From IMG/VR virus record IMGVR_UViG_3300029288_000170, positions 4,003 to 68,002 of that record: a stretch of DNA of 64,000 nt, one strand, 5' to 3'. A program made the position numbers and the translations under genes. Shown here in pieces: positions 37,908 to 48,757 of this stretch (positions are counted from its first letter, which is position 1; each line of letters opens with the position of its first letter). The notes under the pieces are model-generated. The model did no database searches. It worked only from the letters and a program-made list of their open reading frames with translations, and was not told where the DNA came from. The DNA is from a virus. Lineage: Duplodnaviria; Caudoviricetes.

Positions 37908-38788
37908 TAATCTATCTCACTTGGTAGTTTATCTGTTCTGATGCTTTTGAATCTCGGTTCCCTGTACACTCCATCGCTAGTACGTAACATACACCATATT
38001 TCTACTACTAAACCTACAGGATCAATATAATCAAATGATTCAATAACTGAATGTTTAGCTATTACTACAGGAACCTTATTACCAGCTTTATCTTTAAGTA
38101 GTAAATTATGTGCTAAATTACCTTTTTCACCTTCTGATGTATAGTGGGAGATACAAAGTAAATCGAAGCTATTTTCCAGTTTAATTTTCATCAAAGATGA
38201 GTTACGTTTGTCTGGTTGATATAAACTATGACAATGTTTAAGTACTATGCCTTCTTCACCAGTTTGCTCTGCATTATAGAAGGCTTCCATCCAGTCATTA
38301 CGATTAGCTGATACTCCTAACAATGGGTGTATCTTAAACTTCTCTGATTCAGTATCTCCAAACCATTCTTTTAAGTCTTTGTACCTATGCCAAGCTTCAT
38401 TAGATAACCAATCTTTATTGTACGTATCTAAGTTAATCATATCATGTATATGAAACTCCACTTCTTCGGCTTGGCAATCCCCTACAGACCTATTCATTAT
38501 ACCATTGGCTTCATAAAAAGACTTCCCAGGTATAACTGCTTCCATGATGAATCTATATCTACCATTAGGATTAGGTAATTGTTTTGAATAGAGCATAGCA
38601 TGGTACATAGAAGGTATTTCTCTATGCTGCCTACTACGTACACAATCCCATACACCATAGCCTAAATAGTCTATATAACAAAACCATCCATCTAATTTAG
38701 TTGAGTACATATACTCACCATTAATCTTGGGACGTTTTTTAGACTCTTCTAAGTGAAGATGCAGTACTTTTTGTATTCCTAATGTCAT
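37907..38788 (-). CDS. lig: ATP-dependent DNA ligase
   Basis: STKLDGW (KxDG), EGIVLK, KRNSSLMKIK, REPRFKSIRTDK. Confidence 0.9.
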   Translation of the reverse strand: MTLGIQKVLHLHLEESKKRPKINGEYMYSTKLDGWFCYIDYLGYGVWDCVRSRQHREIPSMYHAMLYSKQLPNPNGRYRFIMEAVIPGKSFYEANGIMNRSVGDCQAEEVEFHIHDMINLDTYNKDWLSNEAWHRYKDLKEWFGDTESEKFKIHPLLGVSANRNDWMEAFYNAEQTGEEGIVLKHCHSLYQPDKRNSSLMKIKLENSFDLLCISHYTSEGEKGNLAHNLLLKDKAGNKVPVVIAKHSVIESFDYIDPVGLVVEIWCMLRTSDGVYREPRFKSIRTDKLPSEID

Positions 38789-39469
38789 CTATAACACCAA
38801 TAAAAGTAAAATTAAGCCAACAAAACCCCAAAAGGTAATTTTATACTTATCTATTAAAGCATTTAATCGTTGATTTTCTGTTAACAATTCATTAACTAAA
38901 CCATGTAAAGCCTTTTTATCCTTATTTAAAGTAATTAAAGCATCAGTTGTTTCTTTAATTAATGTTTTGTTTGATTCAGTAAGTAATAAAGTATCTACTT
39001 CTTTACATGCTTCTTTAATCTGGTTATCTTTAATCATTTTCTAGCTCCTACAATAAAGGTTCTTGATTCTCGTCTAAATCCCAAAATATCCAAGTATCAC
39101 ATTGATTACATATTTTACGTTTTAAGGACATTAGTTTAATTAATCGGTCATTGCCACAAATACATTGTTTTGTTGATTTAAGCTTTAGTGGATTGTTTTC
39201 GCTCTTTCCGCATATCATATATAACCATACCGACAAGTATTGGAAAAAAGATTATTGTACCAATAGGTATAATAAGTTTCTTTGCTAAAGATGCTCTTTT
39301 GTACTGTTTCCAGCAAATCACAAGCATGAGTAGTGTAAATAAAGTTGTAAAACTAAAGTAATAGATCATATTAAGCCTATAAGTTAAAAGAAGGGAAGGT
39401 ATTTCACTTCCCCGATAGAACACCTATCTTATAATTTTACGTACTTTCGGAGTTAGCAGGTACGCACCA

Positions 39470-39709
39470 CTATTCTTCATAATCACCAACTAAAGGTATA
39501 TCTCTAGAAGTGTTAAGTAAGTAAATACCTAAAAGGTTAACTGCCCTTTGTATCTCAAAACCATCCATACTTTCTACCTTTACTTTCTTTAAATAGCTTT
39601 CAGAGTAACCTGTAGCATCTGCTAGTTCTTTAATAGAACAGTTTGTATCGATTAGAATTTGGCGAATTAATACTGGAACATCTAACTCTTTTTTAGGTAG
39701 TTTTAGCAT
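39470..39709 (-). CDS. HTH DNA-binding protein
   Basis: SIKELADATGYSESYLKKV. Confidence 0.65.
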   Translation of the reverse strand: MLKLPKKELDVPVLIRQILIDTNCSIKELADATGYSESYLKKVKVESMDGFEIQRAVNLLGIYLLNTSRDIPLVGDYEE

Positions 39710-39712
39710 ATT

Positions 39713-40129
39713 TTAACTTGTTGGTGACATAAATGGTTTATATTTTACAAACTCAAATAACTCAGCTCTGTTGGGTTTTTCTTGTATATTACATATAGTT
39801 GCTATTTTAGTAGCAAGAACCCAACGATTGAACTTATCTAAATCATCTACTACAATTAAATTATACTTATCCCGTCTAACTATACAAGTACCTGTATCCC
39901 AATATTCCGAATATTCCGAACTGCTACAATCTTTCCAAGCCCTTTCAAAATCGCTATAAAAAGATTCACTGTCTCTAACTAGAATAACAATATCTGTATC
40001 TGTAGTTTCTATTGGAGGATTACAAATATATCTACTACCTGTTAATAAAACATCTAAAGATTTATCTAAAAGTATTGTTAAATATTCTGGAAAATCTTGC
40101 GTTTTCCAATCAACTAGCTCTACCTTCAT
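39713..40129 (-). CDS. Minimal Pol-beta-type nucleotidyltransferase
   Basis: LLTGSRYICNPPIETTDTDIVILV (GS...DxD) motif; 138 aa. Confidence 0.7.
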   Translation of the reverse strand: MKVELVDWKTQDFPEYLTILLDKSLDVLLTGSRYICNPPIETTDTDIVILVRDSESFYSDFERAWKDCSSSEYSEYWDTGTCIVRRDKYNLIVVDDLDKFNRWVLATKIATICNIQEKPNRAELFEFVKYKPFMSPTS

Positions 40130-40311
40130 AACTTCCCACCTTTAAAATCTTCAAGTTTTAGTTTTAACAAATCTAAATCTTTAACCCTATAGATTCTATT
40201 AAAACCTCTCATAGTATAACTAATCAACTTATCGTAAGAATGTAGGTCATCTATTGAAATACCTAGATAAGTTGCTGCATCGTAAGATGATTTTTGTTGG
40301 TCTGGTTTCAT
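40126..40311 (-). CDS. Small MerR/Xis-like HTH protein
   Basis: YDAATYLGIS...RIYRVKDL. Confidence 0.55.
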   Translation of the reverse strand: MKPDQQKSSYDAATYLGISIDDLHSYDKLISYTMRGFNRIYRVKDLDLLKLKLEDFKGGKL

Positions 40312-40805
40312 CAGCTTCTACCTGTATGTCCGAAACCACCTTCACCACGTTCAGTTACTTCTTCAAACTCTTCTACCTCGATAAACTGAACGACACCACA
40401 AGGCACAAATAACAATTGAGCAATACGTTCACCAGGTAAGATAGTAATAGGGGTTTCATTTCTATTACTTGCACGAATTAGTACTTCCCCTTGGAAGTCA
40501 GCATCAACTACACCTATTGTATTGCGTAGATAGAAACCTTTAGAACCTAAACCACTTCTAGGTACGATCAATGCAGCAAATACAACATCATCTGTAGTTA
40601 TTTCAGACGTATCACCAATATCTAAGTGAATACCTGTATGTAACTGGATTGTTTGTCCTAAAGGGATTTCAATAGGTTCTGATGAGCAGTTTTTAATATC
40701 ATAACCTCCTGCTAACTTACTTCCTCTTACTGGTGTAAAGTCAATACCTTGTTCTTTACTGATTTCAATTGCTTGTTCTGTTAGTTTAAATTTAATTGGA
40801 AACAT
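40311..40805 (-). CDS. dut: dUTPase (trimeric)
   Basis: AGGYDI, IVPRSGLG, GVVDADFQGE, GERIAQL, RGEGGFGHTG. Confidence 0.95.
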   Translation of the reverse strand: MFPIKFKLTEQAIEISKEQGIDFTPVRGSKLAGGYDIKNCSSEPIEIPLGQTIQLHTGIHLDIGDTSEITTDDVVFAALIVPRSGLGSKGFYLRNTIGVVDADFQGEVLIRASNRNETPITILPGERIAQLLFVPCGVVQFIEVEEFEEVTERGEGGFGHTGRS

Positions 40806-43525
40806 TAGGCCGCCTTATCAAAAATATGTTTTTTACAATCACCATAACTAATTACACTTGTTTCTAAATCAGCAGGAATAACTAGTGGATCATTGTAAGG
40901 TATGGTTATAGTCATGTGTTCTTTAATTCGTCTTGGTGCTTGTACATCTGTTGTCAAGAATTGTCCTGCTACAGCATCATGTATTTGCATTAATGGTTGA
41001 ACATTTCTTATTCTTACCCCTCTAGCATCTACAATGCCTCTTTCATTCTTATGGATATTAACTAAACCTTTATTAACTAGAATAGCGATTGTTGACTGAG
41101 GGATTAAAGCATAAGCTTGGTTAAGTAAAGTTGGACAATTCCTATCTAATAACCAGAACCTAGCCCCAAAGATATTCTCAATATACCCTTTACTATAAAC
41201 ATCACTTTTAATTCTTTCCTGCCAATCTGGAATTTCAGGACATTTATCAAAGTACCACCTTCTTAACTCCCTAGCTACAGGTATAGGCAAACCAGAACTT
41301 GCTGCTGCCTTTTCTTCCATACCACCATAATTAGTTAAATGGACGAATTGTTTAATCTTCTTATAGAATGGATCATCTGAATTAACTTCTCGTTGTAAGT
41401 ACTCTCTAGCAATGTAAATATATAGCTTCTCATCACAGGTATTAAAGAAGTTCTTTAACCAAGCGCAATCACTGTCCCAAGCTACTACCATAGCATCTGC
41501 ACCGGAGTAGTCTATATTAAAGAAAGTATGTCCATCATCTGGTAAAAATAATGATTTACAGTTAGGTAACTTTACAATACCTTCGTATTCTGGTATAGTT
41601 CCATCAATATCTTCATCAATTTCTATCTCTTCATCTTCTTCATACTCCATTAAAGCGTATTTTAGGTCAATCTTACCCTTAGAAGGTACATTCGCAAGGT
41701 TCATACCCTTACCTCTAGCATTTTTCCTAGAAGATAAACGATAAGATTTAGTTCCAGCTACATTATAAGATGTCCGCATCCTTCCATCATCATCAACTTT
41801 AGCTGATAAAAATGTTTTAACAAATACTTTAATTGATCTGTACTCTAAGATTAATGTTATCAATGGTCTGTAGATAGGGTATTCAGCTAGATAAACCACC
41901 ATCGCAGTACTACCGAATGATTCAGTTTTACGCTTTTTATCTATTACTGCTTTAATACCTAAGAAGTCCGTAAAGAGTTGTTTAATCTGTTTAGGACTGT
42001 TTAGGTTTATCTCCATCCCAATAATATCATTAACCATCTTTTCTACACGATTCATTAATGCTAACAACTGGTCATGTAGTCTTTGTTTCTCATCTAAATC
42101 TACCCTAACACCTGTATTCATTACGTCAACTAGAACTGGTGCAATTTCGTACTGTTGAAACTGGTAAAATTCTTGTAGTTTAACTGGTTGCTGACTTAAT
42201 AAATCTAACAGAACTTCTGCAATCTCAAGGGTGTAACAAATATCCTTGATATTATACTTCCATCTAGTTTCTGGTGCTTCTTTGGTTGCATCCACCTCGT
42301 CCTTCCAGTATTTGTAAGTATCGCAGTATAAACTAGCTAAAAATGCTAAGTCTTTTGGGCGATAGTTATATAATACATGGGCAAGAATCATTGTATCGGT
42401 ATCAGAATCTACTCTAATTCCCCACATATCATAGAAAAACTGACAGTCGTATGAGTAGTTTTGCCCTACGTGCAAGCAATTAGGATGAAGCATTACCTCC
42501 TGTATCTTACACATAATCACTATTTCATCTTCTACAGACCAGTAGTTAGGGTTTCCCACATGAGCAAATGGGATACATAAACCTTCTTCTGTTGAGTCTG
42601 TAATACCTATACAATCAATCAATGAAGAAAACATCGTTTCTACATCCACCGATACCTTACGTTTACCTTCATTTAACCTATCCAGCAAAGCATTTAGATA
42701 ACTTAAAACCGTTTCTTTATCTGTACCAAGAATTAAGTTCTTATCTGGAACTAAGTAATGTTGTACTCCTTGTTCTTTGATAACCTGATAAACCCAACCT
42801 AGCCTTTGTAAATCCATATTAATAACTGGAACTTTATCAGGCATACCCATTGCATTTACTGTATGAAAGATAGGTACAACTACTGTAGGTGGTAGATTGT
42901 ATACTTCATGTGGTTCTAGAATAGATGCACGATATGTATTTAACGCCCCTAAAGGTTTTTTATCTTTGTGATTACCTTGTGTTTGTGCTACACTAGATAA
43001 ACCAGTTAAAAAGAACAAACTCCATTTACCAGTTACAACAACTAACTTAGGCTTTACAGTTCTTATTTCTTCTATTAAACCTTGAAGTTCTTTGTGTAAA
43101 CGGTTTGAGATATATACATCTTTTTGATGTTCTAGTTTGTGATATTCATGAGGTAAAATATCTTCACCTACAACAAACTCATACTCTTTGTCTAAAAGAC
43201 AATACTCCCCCTCTCCTTCCCCATATTGTACTAGTTGTAAATCCTTTCTTTTCTTAATCTCCCTAGTATAGTCAAAATTACCTTCGTTGAATGGTTCGTA
43301 GTCTAAGTATGTTTGGTAAATGTCAGTAGAAACAATACCTTTATAACCTTCTGGTGTTATGCCACTATAATTATTACATTTACCTGTACGTAAAGCAGTT
43401 AATAAACCTGTATTGGCCGCACTACTAAATTTCTCACCATCTTGAACTTCATTCTTAAATGGCTGATCGTTAAGGAGTAAAACTGTTTTCTCTTTCGGAA
43501 ACTTACTTCTAAGTATTATACTCAT
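40805..43525 (-). CDS. polA: Family A DNA polymerase with N-terminal UDG-like and 3'-5' exonuclease domains
   Basis: UDG-like EIRTVKPKLVVVTGKWS; exo SVDVET, GQNYSYD, YNIKD; pol GTKSYRLSS, DYSGAD, KQFVHLTNYG, QIHDA. Confidence 0.92.
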   Translation of the reverse strand: MSIILRSKFPKEKTVLLLNDQPFKNEVQDGEKFSSAANTGLLTALRTGKCNNYSGITPEGYKGIVSTDIYQTYLDYEPFNEGNFDYTREIKKRKDLQLVQYGEGEGEYCLLDKEYEFVVGEDILPHEYHKLEHQKDVYISNRLHKELQGLIEEIRTVKPKLVVVTGKWSLFFLTGLSSVAQTQGNHKDKKPLGALNTYRASILEPHEVYNLPPTVVVPIFHTVNAMGMPDKVPVINMDLQRLGWVYQVIKEQGVQHYLVPDKNLILGTDKETVLSYLNALLDRLNEGKRKVSVDVETMFSSLIDCIGITDSTEEGLCIPFAHVGNPNYWSVEDEIVIMCKIQEVMLHPNCLHVGQNYSYDCQFFYDMWGIRVDSDTDTMILAHVLYNYRPKDLAFLASLYCDTYKYWKDEVDATKEAPETRWKYNIKDICYTLEIAEVLLDLLSQQPVKLQEFYQFQQYEIAPVLVDVMNTGVRVDLDEKQRLHDQLLALMNRVEKMVNDIIGMEINLNSPKQIKQLFTDFLGIKAVIDKKRKTESFGSTAMVVYLAEYPIYRPLITLILEYRSIKVFVKTFLSAKVDDDGRMRTSYNVAGTKSYRLSSRKNARGKGMNLANVPSKGKIDLKYALMEYEEDEEIEIDEDIDGTIPEYEGIVKLPNCKSLFLPDDGHTFFNIDYSGADAMVVAWDSDCAWLKNFFNTCDEKLYIYIAREYLQREVNSDDPFYKKIKQFVHLTNYGGMEEKAAASSGLPIPVARELRRWYFDKCPEIPDWQERIKSDVYSKGYIENIFGARFWLLDRNCPTLLNQAYALIPQSTIAILVNKGLVNIHKNERGIVDARGVRIRNVQPLMQIHDAVAGQFLTTDVQAPRRIKEHMTITIPYNDPLVIPADLETSVISYGDCKKHIFDKAA

Positions 43526-44310
43526 TAATATACTTTTCCTTAGCTTGTTTTAGAACACTACCTACTGTGCGTAAACCCAAAGTTCTATGATTAACACAAT
43601 TAGCTAGCATAAAATCAGGTAAATGTGTTAGTCGGTCACGATTAAGTTTTAATTTAACACAAAGAAACGGATCATAACAATGAATTAGTTTGTTAGGTAG
43701 GGTATCTAAGACTAAAAGATAATATTGTTTGTTATGGGAATTAAACCCTACAAAGTCACCTTTTTTAAACATCTTCTTTCTTATGTGAATTTGAACTTTG
43801 ATTGCTTGTGTTAATGCTTTGTCTAACCCCTTTTACTGTGATACATCTTCCTTTGTTTACTGATGTTAACTTTTTAGTAAATGGAATCTTTCCACCTTGC
43901 TTATGTGTAGCTGTAACTTGTTTACGTAAAGCAATTTTTCTAGCGTTTTTATTTTGTCTCGACATTTTTATTCTCTTCTTGTTGTTTTAACATCTTCTGG
44001 CGTTTAGATAACTTAGTTTTCTTCTTTAGAGTATCAAATCTTCTCCAAGAATTAATAGCATACCACTCTGTTCTAAGCATTACCTTACCTATTAGTAAAT
44101 GCACTTCCTTGTGCAATGAATCCTTTATACTTCTTCTAAGACACTAGGCCAAGCCCAATAACTCTGTGCCCTACTTGTACCATCAGGTGATAGTGGTTGA
44201 AAGTCTACATTCTTTACATGCAAACCATCATATTTACCAATTACTTTTCCTGTAATACCATTTTCTATATCACGGTAAGTTTTGCCATTTACAATATCTT
44301 CGAAAATCAT
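43509..44310 (-). CDS. Small hypothetical proteins (43509..43772, 43765..43965, 44125..44310)
   Basis: ORF track; co-oriented within replication operon. Confidence 0.45.
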
Positions 44311-44324
44311 AGAACCATCTCCTA

Positions 44325-45017
44325 TTAATCTTCAAGGTCGAACTCTGCGCCTTCAGTATAAGCCACAATACCGCAAGAATCTTGATATTGGCCTTGACCT
44401 AAAGCGTTAATTTGTTTTGTTGTATCGGGATAACCGTTTGTTTTGACAATTGAAGCGATGCAAGGCAGACCGTTAGCCGCTTGGCAAATATAGCCAAACA
44501 AAATCTTTTGATATTCTACTGAGTTAAGCATATCCACAATATTAGGTACGTGTGCTAATTCTTCTGGAATCTCAATAGCATCATTATAAACAAAGTCTTG
44601 TTCAGCTTGTGCATTAAAGTCAATATCCTTAATCCCCAATGCTGCTAAGAAACCACCAAGAACTTGGTTAGGTACATACGTTAATGCTTCTTTATCGAAC
44701 TTCAATCTGATTCTACCGAAGAATTTAGGTTCATCACGTTGAAGTACTTTAATTGCTTTTTTACTATTTAATGCTACACCAAAGTAGATAGTTCCATCAA
44801 TAATGTACTCACCTGTTTTATCCCATTTTTTACCATCACGATCATATACTTGTTCTTCTACAATCTTAATATGCGATGATTGGTCACTAGCTTTTGTAAT
44901 AGAAGTATTAGTTACAACACCTGCATAGAAACCATTTTCAAGTAATGGGAGTGTTTCTGGAATGTCTTGAGTATTTACACCGAAAGAACGTTTTGCTGTA
45001 GTAGTTGATTTAGCCAT
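44325..45017 (-). CDS. Single-stranded DNA-binding protein (putative)
   Basis: LENGFYAGVVTNTSI N-terminus, acidic end (FDLED), sits in AAA/Cas4-like recombination module; strong codon bias. Confidence 0.55.
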   Translation of the reverse strand: MAKSTTTAKRSFGVNTQDIPETLPLLENGFYAGVVTNTSITKASDQSSHIKIVEEQVYDRDGKKWDKTGEYIIDGTIYFGVALNSKKAIKVLQRDEPKFFGRIRLKFDKEALTYVPNQVLGGFLAALGIKDIDFNAQAEQDFVYNDAIEIPEELAHVPNIVDMLNSVEYQKILFGYICQAANGLPCIASIVKTNGYPDTTKQINALGQGQYQDSCGIVAYTEGAEFDLED

Positions 45018-45129
45018 TTTAATTGTCTCTTATTTAAATTTAAGTTGTTTGTTTAGTTTATTGTAGTTTACCATATTCTACAGTTGTTTGAAGTACAACG
45101 GTCATGACTGTAAGGTATCGGCCTTACGT

Positions 45130-45294
45130 TTAATACTTTCTAGCTAGTATGTATGCTAATAAATAGAAAAATGCAGCTAGTGTTAGTGGAATCCAGAAAG
45201 GTGAGAATACCCACCACCAAGACCAAGTTATTGTATTGGTAAGTTTAAGTACTAAAAAGATAAGAAATAGTACAGAAGTAAAAGTTAATTTCAT
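45130..45294 (-). CDS. Small membrane protein (54 aa) of the phage LKL...WSWWWVFSPFW family, not in ORF track
   Basis: MKLTFTSVLFLIFLVLKLTNTITWSWWWVFSPFWIPL...; own consensus promoter. Confidence 0.7.
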   Translation of the reverse strand: MKLTFTSVLFLIFLVLKLTNTITWSWWWVFSPFWIPLTLAAFFYLLAYILARKY

Positions 45295-45319
45295 TTGTTT
45301 AATCTCTAAGTGTTTGGTT

Positions 45320-45347
45320 ATTATAAAGATTTTTAAATTTATGTCAA
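45320..45347 (-). promoter_or_regulatory. Consensus sigma70 promoter (drives membrane gene, SSB, polA block)
   Basis: TTGACA-N16-TATAAT. Confidence 0.8.
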
Positions 45348-45721
45348 TAGGTTATTTAAAATATTTTTACAAACTTAACATTTTTCCTAAAATTAAAATT
45401 ATGTTCATTGTCATAAATATAGCTGAACCTAGTGATAAGAAACTACGTTCTCTTCTATAATTTTGTATAAAATATGCTGTTGTCAAAGACATTACATATA
45501 AGATACCTAAGCCTATCAAATAATACATACATTATTTACCTTTTGTTAATTTTTCTATTCTTCGTTCAATTAAAATCTTTTGATACGCAAAATACATTCC
45601 CACTAAAGAAGCTAGTATACCAATAAGTTGCAGGTAACCACCAAACTTTACCCATAGTGCTATATTTGCTACAAAGAAAAATAGATTTAACGCCAATAAT
45701 GTGTAATTTAGTACTTTCATC

Positions 45722-46606
45722 TTATTTACCCGTAAAAAAGCCATGTTTAGCAAAATTAGGTTCAATTTGTGATTGCCCAACTACTCTTCTACTTACAGTA
45801 TATACTCCAGGTTTACTTACTTCCCACCTAAAAGTAGGCCCAACTTTAGTAGCATGAATAACATCAGTAAATAAGCCCATTAATGTAGCGTAGTTAGCAT
45901 TACCAACAAAAGTATTAACTCTAAGTTGTATTAAGTTACCTTTATCATCTGTAAAAGGTTTCTCATGTGCTAAAAGAATAACAGGGCAAGACAGTATCGA
46001 CAATTCATTTAAGATTATGTGCATTAACCGTTGTGGTTGCCCATAGTCTGTCATACTAATGGCGATTTTATCCCCTACAACTGAGTTCCAAACTTCTAAC
46101 CCTATAGGTGATAAACCATCTACAACTAGAATATCTTGTAAACCCAATACCGAGACATTACCTACTTTAACTTCTTCACCTGTTACATAATCAATGCCTA
46201 CAAAATCTTCTAAAGCTGTGATAATGTCTTGTAGATAGGTATAATGTTCTGTTCCTTGTGTAGTATCTGCATTACCCTTTAAGCTATCCTTCTTACTTTC
46301 TTTAACAAAAGCCTTTAAAGACCGTGATAAATTGGTAAAAGCTTTTTTCTTTTGCTTAGGGAACACATAAATAATTTGGCCTTCTTTTGGCTTAATATTG
46401 TAGTGTTTAAGACCGTTTTCAAAACCTATCGCGGCATTACGTTCAGTCATTAAATATATGATTCTACGATCTTCTGGTGCATCAATTAAAGCTGTAGCCA
46501 CACTAAAGGATTTACCTAAACCAGCTTCCGCATAAATAATTACCTTATCTGCCTTTTCAAACCTTGCATCTGATGAAACTTCTTTTAACGGTATGTTAGC
46601 TGCCAT
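45722..46606 (-). CDS. AAA / Sak4-like ATPase
   Basis: YAEAGLGKS Walker A, LVVDGLS Walker B, ILLAHE. Confidence 0.75.
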   Translation of the reverse strand: MAANIPLKEVSSDARFEKADKVIIYAEAGLGKSFSVATALIDAPEDRRIIYLMTERNAAIGFENGLKHYNIKPKEGQIIYVFPKQKKKAFTNLSRSLKAFVKESKKDSLKGNADTTQGTEHYTYLQDIITALEDFVGIDYVTGEEVKVGNVSVLGLQDILVVDGLSPIGLEVWNSVVGDKIAISMTDYGQPQRLMHIILNELSILSCPVILLAHEKPFTDDKGNLIQLRVNTFVGNANYATLMGLFTDVIHATKVGPTFRWEVSKPGVYTVSRRVVGQSQIEPNFAKHGFFTGK

Positions 46607-46829
46607 TATCTTCTTCTTCCTAATAAGTAAATTGTACCAGAATATGTTACTATTAATTGCCCTTCTTCAACACTACCAGATACCACTGGTGATGTTGTAA
46701 CTATAGCAGCATCATGGAATCTCTTTTGTATATCATCAAAGATATTACCATAGAGCCTACCATTAAAATCAAATACCCAATTCTCTAACCTAGCATGGTA
46801 AGTTACTTCTTTAGTTGTTTCTTCTGTAC

Positions 46830-47834
46830 TCATTTCAAACCCCTTTCTAGTTTAAATTGTTGTAATGGGACTTCTAGTTGTTTCGCTGAATCCCATACAA
46901 GTTGTTGGTACTTACTTGCAATCAGTTGTTCACCATACTTGTCAAAACAACCATCACTAACATAACATGGTCGGTCGTAGTTGTTACAACCATTCCCAAG
47001 TATCGGATAAAATGCCACATGAGGTAATCCTCCATTCTGTTTGTAGTAAATATACTTGTCTTTCAACTCTTCGATCTTATTTACCATAGTAGTTGACCAG
47101 ATTTCTATTTGAAATGGTGTTACTGGAATTATCAACTCTACTGGTGGTTCGTAAGTTGCAGCTATGGGTACTTTACGGATTAAAGACTTTTCTGTTTTAA
47201 CACCTAATTGCCTTGCTGCCCAATGATACCCGATGAATTGTCCGTTTGTTTTATAAAGTAATTCCTCTTTAGTCTTATCAACTAACTTAGTACCATTAAT
47301 ACGATGGAGTTTCCTAGTTGTTTTCTCATCAAGAACAACTATCTCATCCCTAACCCCATGACTTCTATACTCATATAAACCATCCAATTTGCCTTTATAC
47401 GTTAAATTAGTTTCAGGTAACTCAGGATGCGCTATACCTAAATCAAACTCAAAAACATACTCAATAGCGAAAGTACCATCAGCTAATTCTACTGGTGTTA
47501 AACTACTGTCAAGGGGAAAACTTCTAAAGTATCTACGTAAGGCAAAGGCAACTCTTTCATTAGTTTTCTCAACGTGTCCGGTATTTTCAGCTTCTAGTAT
47601 GTAGTTTGAACCTAGTTCTATAGCTTCTTCGGGGTCTTTTTTGTCGTTATGGTAGGCTTTTCTTACGATCTCACAAGCTTTCGCAAAATGACCACCAGCA
47701 ATTAAATCAGGTTCTTTGTCGGAACTTCTGAACTTTTGACAATACTTCCTGAACCATAGCATCTCACATAACCACACATCATTCATCATGGAGTTACTAA
47801 AAGCTATTGGAAATAAAGTATCTACTTTATTCAC
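46830..47834 (-). CDS. Cas4-like PD-(D/E)XK exonuclease
   Basis: FSNSMM...CEM, KGKLDGL, VLDEKTT, C-terminal CNNYDRPCYVSDGC cysteines. Confidence 0.8.
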   Translation of the reverse strand: MNKVDTLFPIAFSNSMMNDVWLCEMLWFRKYCQKFRSSDKEPDLIAGGHFAKACEIVRKAYHNDKKDPEEAIELGSNYILEAENTGHVEKTNERVAFALRRYFRSFPLDSSLTPVELADGTFAIEYVFEFDLGIAHPELPETNLTYKGKLDGLYEYRSHGVRDEIVVLDEKTTRKLHRINGTKLVDKTKEELLYKTNGQFIGYHWAARQLGVKTEKSLIRKVPIAATYEPPVELIIPVTPFQIEIWSTTMVNKIEELKDKYIYYKQNGGLPHVAFYPILGNGCNNYDRPCYVSDGCFDKYGEQLIASKYQQLVWDSAKQLEVPLQQFKLERGLK

Positions 47835-48757
47835 TTATCTCACCAATTAATTTTTGGAAGTTGTGTTTGATTGTATCTACTTTTTGTTGTTCTTTTCTAA
47901 GCCTAAGATCATCTTCATTCTTAACAACAATTTGTTTGTTCAAGTTTTGTATCTCGCAACCAATACCAACTCTAGTTTCTACAATTTGGTTATGTAGTTT
48001 CTCTAGCTCTTTGATGTTATTTTGAAACGAGCTTAAAATTTTATTTAATTTTCTAGTAAACATATATTTGTCCTCTAAACCTTAGTTGTATTTGCATTAA
48101 AAAATTCTTCTTCTTCTTGTGTTAAGTCTTGTCCTGTTGCCATTTTCATAACAATATCATTAATCTTTTTCTTCTTTTCTGCTGCTGTTAACTTCTTAAC
48201 TCTAGGTTTTTTCTCTTTAGGTTCTTTAGCTACTCGTTCTTTTGGTTCCTTTTTAGGCTTTTCAGGGTTTAGATTAAATACAGTTGTCCTGTGGATTCTT
48301 TGAAACGGAACAACAACATCTTTCATTTCCTCTAAAGTAACTGGTTCTAGTTGTAAGTCACGTTTCTTGATCCCTTCCATAGCTTTAACTATCTTATCTA
48401 CTTCGGGTTCTGAATAACCATGTTCGTATTTAGGTATTTCTGTTGCAACTGGTTCTGGATTTAGGTTAGCTGCAAAACTTTTAACTGGTTCGGCCATTAA
48501 TGCGTCCTTGTTGGATTTCTAGGAACATAGACTATATGTTCATGGTCATTAATCAATATACTTTTAAAAGAATACCTGGGTGTCCAAGCAGTAACTTCTG
48601 AGCTATTAAAAGTACCTACAACAAATTCCTCATGTAATGCTTCTATACTTATATCACTAATAAGTAAGTTTGGGTTTTCGCCTAATTCTTGGCAAAGTCT
48701 ATCTAGTTCCTTGTACCAACTAGTTGTCTCTATTGGCAAACCATCATCATTTGTCAT
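47827..48757 (-). CDS. Hypothetical proteins (47827..48063, 48075..48497, 48497..48757)
   Basis: ORF track; coiled-coil and Lys/Glu-rich. Confidence 0.5.

Noticed and set aside
46830-47834. Cas4-like nuclease as sign of a CRISPR system
   Set aside because: No repeat-spacer array or other cas genes; this is the usual phage recombination exonuclease next to AAA ATPase and SSB.
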